Origin: Pseudomonadales bacterium
GTDB lineage: Bacteria; Pseudomonadota; Gammaproteobacteria; Pseudomonadales; JBFGWM01
Reading direction: 5' to 3'
Assembly (NCBI GenBank): GCA_041682035.1
Contig: JBFKKR010000004.1
Coordinates: 1 to 62,047, forward strand
DNA: 62,047 nt
The notes beneath the pieces are model-generated. The model was not told the origin of the DNA, searched no databases, and saw only the letters and a program-made list of their open reading frames with translations. Positions 60,884 through 62,047 of the stretch are shown one piece after another. How positions within the stretch are numbered: the first letter of the stretch is position 1; each line of letters opens with the position of its first letter. Position numbers and translations under genes: made by a program.

Positions 60884-61302
60884 CGGGGAGATTCCTCGAG
60901 GATTTCGTTACCGTCGGCGAGGGCACGGATGATGGGGCAGGTGTGCACCGGGCCGCGCCGGCTGCAGCGCGATTCCAGGTCGGCGAGGACATCACGGATA
61001 CGCTGCAGGTCGCGGATGCGCGCTTCGACCTCCTCGAGGTGCGAGCGGGTGATACGGTGCACCTCGGCCTTGTCGCCGCCGTCCTGCAGCGAGAGCAGTT
61101 CGCGGATTTCGGCCAGGGAAAATCCCAGCGCCTTGGCGCGCAGGATGAAGCGCAGGCGGTCGATTGTCTGTGGCGGGTAGAGGCGGTAGCCCGACTCGGT
61201 GCGCGGTGGTTCCGCAACGAGTCCTTCACGCTCGTAGAAGCGCAGTTTCTCGTTGCCGATGCCGGCCGCGGCAGCGAGCCTGCCGGATGTCAGGGGTTTC
61301 AT
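60880..61302 (-). CDS. Heavy-metal-responsive MerR-family regulator
   Basis: LRFYEREGL...PRTESGYRLY, FILRAKALGFSLAEI, C-terminal CSRRGPVHTCPII. Confidence 0.9.
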   Translation of the reverse strand: MKPLTSGRLAAAAGIGNEKLRFYEREGLVAEPPRTESGYRLYPPQTIDRLRFILRAKALGFSLAEIRELLSLQDGGDKAEVHRITRSHLEEVEARIRDLQRIRDVLADLESRCSRRGPVHTCPIIRALADGNEILEESPR

Positions 61303-61331
61303 GCTTGGCTCCGGATGCGATCCATGGAGCC

Positions 61332-61363
61332 ATGTTAAACCCTGTAGTGAGGTACAGGGTCAA
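61332..61363 (-). promoter_or_regulatory. MerR-type promoter/operator
   Basis: Minus strand TTGACC-20 bp-TAACAT, with dyad ACCCTGTA-N6-TACAGGGT (61339-61360) spanning the spacer. Confidence 0.85.
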
Positions 61364-61393
61364 GGGTTTTCTGTCCGGGACGGGGCGCCTGTC

Positions 61394-62047
61394 TCAGGCA
61401 GGCTGGATGCTCGCCAGCAGTTGCCGTCCCTTCACCTGTTCCCCCTTCTGCGCACGCAGTTCCTGCACGGTGCCGGAGATGCCGGCGCGCAGGGTGTGCT
61501 CCATCTTCATGGCTTCCATGACCAGCACGGTCTGGCCCGCCTCGACCGCCTGCCCGGGTTCCACGTGCACCGACACCACGGCGCCGTCCATAGGCGCCCG
61601 TACCAGTCCGTCGCCCGCGCCGGCCGCGGCGGAGGGTGGATCCCAGGTATGCAGGGTGAACAGGCTGCTGCCGTGGCGGGTCGCCAGGAAAACCGCGTCA
61701 TCGTGGATCGCGAAGGAAGCCGTGCGCCGCACGCCGTCGTGCGCGTACTGCAGCGAGTGATCCTGCCGCGACAGTAGCTCGATGCGCAGCGGTTCGCCCC
61801 CATCCACCACCACTTCCAGCAGCGCCGGAGCACGTGCATCCGCGCGCAGGCGCACCGTGCGATCGCGGTCGCCATGCCGGAGCAGCAGTTGCTGGTGGAC
61901 CGGCAGGCGCAGGCCGGGCCGGGCGAGGCCATGACCGAAACGGCTGGCGTGGACGATCGCGGCGAGGGCGAACTCCAGGTCGTCGGGACGGTAAGGCCGC
62001 AGCGTGTCGCTGTCGCGGAACTCCTGGTCGATGAACGCCGTCGTCGC
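61394..62047 (-). CDS. Biotin-dependent acyl-CoA carboxylase alpha subunit (methylcrotonyl/geranyl-CoA type), C-terminal part; 5' end outside window
   Basis: Frame open to the window edge (ATTAFIDQEF...); APMDG and EAMKM biotinyl domain. Confidence 0.88.
   Translation of the reverse strand, partial: ATTAFIDQEFRDSDTLRPYRPDDLEFALAAIVHASRFGHGLARPGLRLPVHQQLLLRHGDRDRTVRLRADARAPALLEVVVDGGEPLRIELLSRQDHSLQYAHDGVRRTASFAIHDDAVFLATRHGSSLFTLHTWDPPSAAAGAGDGLVRAPMDGAVVSVHVEPGQAVEAGQTVLVMEAMKMEHTLRAGISGTVQELRAQKGEQVKGRQLLASIQPA

Overview
High-GC bacterial chromosomal window, most consistent with a gammaproteobacterium (thrS-infC-rpmI-rplT-pheS-pheT-ihfA-merR-tRNA-Pro(GGG) block at 31.9-39.1 kb). About 55 CDS; no integrase, transposase, prophage or CRISPR array was seen. 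The left half holds a cupredoxin/cytochrome P460 pair, c-di-GMP and receiver-only signalling proteins, an S8 protease with a Phe-Gly insert, a LolA-like/MMPL(cNMP+PilZ)/DUF445 operon, mdh, lipid-catabolism genes, uup and degQ. The right half holds the two most striking loci. (i) A four-gene, apparently uncharacterised exported c-type heme cluster (41273-47345): a RoxA/MauG-superfamily diheme protein, a second diheme protein, a monoheme protein with a Cyc2-like heme motif and a Ca-binding motif, and a His-containing membrane protein. (ii) A RoxA/RoxB-type rubber-oxygenase gene divergent from a TetR regulator, a CX4CH/Ig protein and a Tat-exported IorAB/OxiAB-type molybdoenzyme with XdhC and MocA (48354-56476), which parallels the actinobacterial lcpR-lcp-oxiAB polyisoprene locus. 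All family calls come from motif recognition by eye; no database search was run, and some start codons were moved from the ORF track using RBS evidence.
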